A stretch of 64,000 nt of DNA from Negaprion brevirostris (Eukaryota): positions 80,355,327 to 80,419,326 of the forward strand of contig JARDVH010000073.1 in the NCBI GenBank assembly GCA_030324005.1, written 5' to 3'. A program made the translations under genes and the position numbers. The notes beneath the pieces are model-generated. The model saw only the letters and a list, made by a program, of their open reading frames with translations. It was not told the DNA's origin and made no database searches. How positions within the stretch are numbered: position 1 is the first letter of the stretch; every line of letters starts with the position of its first letter. Shown here in pieces: positions 61,487 through 64,000 of the stretch.

Positions 61487-62344
61487 ACATCCTGTCAATT
61501 TGGGCACTGCCCTTTGTTGCTGATGGTCTTTTCATACTCTGAACTCGTCTGCCTTTCTGACTGCTCTAAATTGCTTGCCACCTTTGCAATAAGATGCTTG
61601 GTCATGTTGCTGCTGTATGTTTCAGCAGGTGCACCACAGTTGCTTTTAATGAATGTATATGCAGTACTACTGAGTGGAATTTTTGGTGTCTACATGCTTT
61701 AACTTCACGGTTGATAAATTCCAGATGTGCTGACATATGGTCAGCTGACTATTACCTGATGAAACCCTTAAGCTTTAAAAAGATAAGATGTTCTTCTCAT
61801 TGGCTTAATTTGACAGTAATTCAAATTGCCTGTTTTTCTTCAGAAAAGATGCACCCAGCACAAGTGATCAGTATATTCTCAGTATTTCCAAACTTTTTTT
61901 GGTGAGTGATGTTGCTGAAATCATAAACAACACATTTGGGAGCATGCCATCACCAAATACTTCTCCATGCACAAACAGAAAACATAAAGCAGCAGGCAAT
62001 ATTAATACAGACCTAATTCTAACTGGGACACCAGCTCAAATATTTCATCCTTTAATAATCAGAAAAGGACTGAAGGTATTTGAGATACAGGTCACACTGC
62101 TTCATTTCAGTTACATATTTAAGCCCCAGCATAATTCGCCTTGTATTAACTCTTACTTGATTGCTTGAAATTTTTTTTGAAAACATGAACTTTCAATGAG
62201 TAACGGTCATTCAACATTTAGCTGCTGCCTTTTCCGTAGACGTGCCACAACAGTAAAACTAAACTTCAGTAACTGTCATTTAAATTCAAAAATTAAATGC
62301 AACCTTAATATTTGAAACCTTTTTGGAAAATTGAATACATTCGT

Positions 62345-64000
62345 AATTCTTTTATTTCCTCATGGATGTGTGCATTGCTGGCTAGGCCAGTATTATTGCC
62401 CATCCCTAATAGCCCTTGAGAAGCTGGTGGTGAGCTATCTCAAAGTGCTGCAGTCCTTGTGATGTAGGTGCACCCACAGTGCTATTAGGAAGGGAGTTCC
62501 AGGATTTTGACCCAGCAATGTAATTCCAAGATAGGATAATGTGTGGTTTGATGGGGAGCTTGCATATAGTGATATTCCCGTGCATCTGCTGCCCTTTTTC
62601 TTCTGGGTGATATAGGTTCTGGGTACAGAAGATGTTGCCAAAGTCACCTTTGTCAGTTGCTGTAGTGCATTCTGAAGGTGAAATCTTCAGTATTTGAGGA
62701 GTCACAAATTGTTCTAAACATTATGCAATCATCAGTCAACATCCCCATTTCTGACCACCTGATTGAAGGTCATTAACGAAGCAACTAAAAATAGCTGGTC
62801 CTAGGACAGTACCCCTAGAAACTCAGTGCCAGCAGTAATGTCCTGGCACTGAGTTGATTAATCTCCAACAACTACACCCATCTTCCTTTGTGCACAGTAT
62901 GACTCCAACCACCAGAGAGATTTCCCCCGATGTCTGTTAACTTTGATTTTGTTGGAGTTCTTTGATATCATACTCGGCCAAATGCTGCCTTGATGACAAG
63001 AGCAGTCAATCTCACCTCAACTCTGGAGTTCAACTCTTTTGTCCATTTTTGGACTAAGGCTGAAATGAGGTCAGGAGCTGAATGACCGTAGCAGAACCCA
63101 AATTGATAGCTTGTGAGCAGGTTAGTGCTGAGTGCCACTTGATAGCCCTATCAATGATCCCTTCCACCATTTTGATGATCATTGAAAATAGACTGAAAAG
63201 GCGGTAATTGGCTGGGTTGGATTTGTCCTGCTTTTTGTAGACAGGGCATGCTTGGATAATTTTTCACATTGCAGGGTAGATGCTAGTATTATAGCTGTGC
63301 TGGAACAGCTTGGCAAGGGACACGGTCAATTCTGCTGTACATGCACTATTGCCAGAATTTTGTCAAGGCCCATAGCCTTTTCAGTATACAATTTCTTGAG
63401 TCATTTCTTAGTGGCACTTGGACTGAATCAAATTGGCCGAAGACTGACATCTGTGATACTGAGGACCTCAAGAAGAGGTTGAGATGGATTATCCACTTGG
63501 CACTTCTGGCTGACGATGGCTACAAAAGCTTCAGCTTTGTCTTTTGCACTGATGTTCTGGGTTTCCCCATCCTTGAGGATGGAGATATATGTGCAGCCAT
63601 CACCTCCCATTAGTTGTTTAATTGTCCATCACCATTCACAACTGGATGTGACAGGACTGCAGAACTTCGACTGAACTATGAGGCAGGACTATGTGGNNNN
63701 NNNNNNNNNNNNNNNNNNNNNNNNNNNNNNNNNNNNNNNNNNNNNNNNNNNNNNNNNNNNNNNNNNNNNNNNNNNNNNNNNNNNNNNNNNNNNNNNGTGC
63801 AGCCATCACCTCCCATTAGTTGTTTAATTGTCCATCACCATTCACAACAGGATGTGACAGGACTGCAGAACTTCGACTGAACTATGAGGCAGGACTATGT
63901 GGTGGTCACTCATACCAGTGCTGTCATGGATATTTGCATCTGCAACAGGTATTTTGGTGGGAACAAGGACAGGTGGTTTTTCACCATTGTTGGTTCCCTT
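62345..64000 (-). mobile_element. CR1/L2-group LINE, running off the window
   Basis: 3' tail gctggctaggccagtattattgcccatcccta. ORF 63428..63610(-) ISAKDKAEAFVAIVSQKC, and ALVIKAAFGRV (LDIKAAFDRV-like) near 62980. Another tail copy lies at about 41120-41345. Confidence 0.8.

Noticed and set aside
63590-63902. About 105-bp exact direct repeat
   Set aside because: The copies flank a 100-N gap, which is typical of an unmerged contig overlap.

Overview
Vertebrate genomic DNA, most likely a shark, judged from HE1-type V-SINEs and abundant CR1, Rex1 and L2 LINEs. It is a gapped draft assembly. The only host gene I can support is the 3' part of DAGLA (diacylglycerol lipase alpha) on the + strand. 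Five coding exons (2172-2244, 7915-8108, 16075-16204, 19904-20058, 56018-56975) splice in frame at GT-AG sites, and the last intron is about 36 kb. The rest is mostly degenerate repeats: CR1, Rex1/Babar and L2 LINEs, several SINE families, PIF/Harbinger-type TIR elements with 3-bp TSDs, and LTR-like remnants. Most ORFs in the supplied track are repeat debris or run through N gaps. The most interesting unannotated signal is a dispersed family of short, partly palindromic elements carrying minimal hammerhead-ribozyme-like cores (CTGANGA-stem-GAAA), about 6 copies, one with an 11-bp TSD. Also notable are a PDZ-ligand-like C-terminus (-SAI) on DAGLA, a donor consensus just inside the last exon, and a 3-kb Harbinger element downstream of the stop codon. 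All identifications were made by eye and from memory of the families. Repeat boundaries are approximate unless TIRs or TSDs are given.
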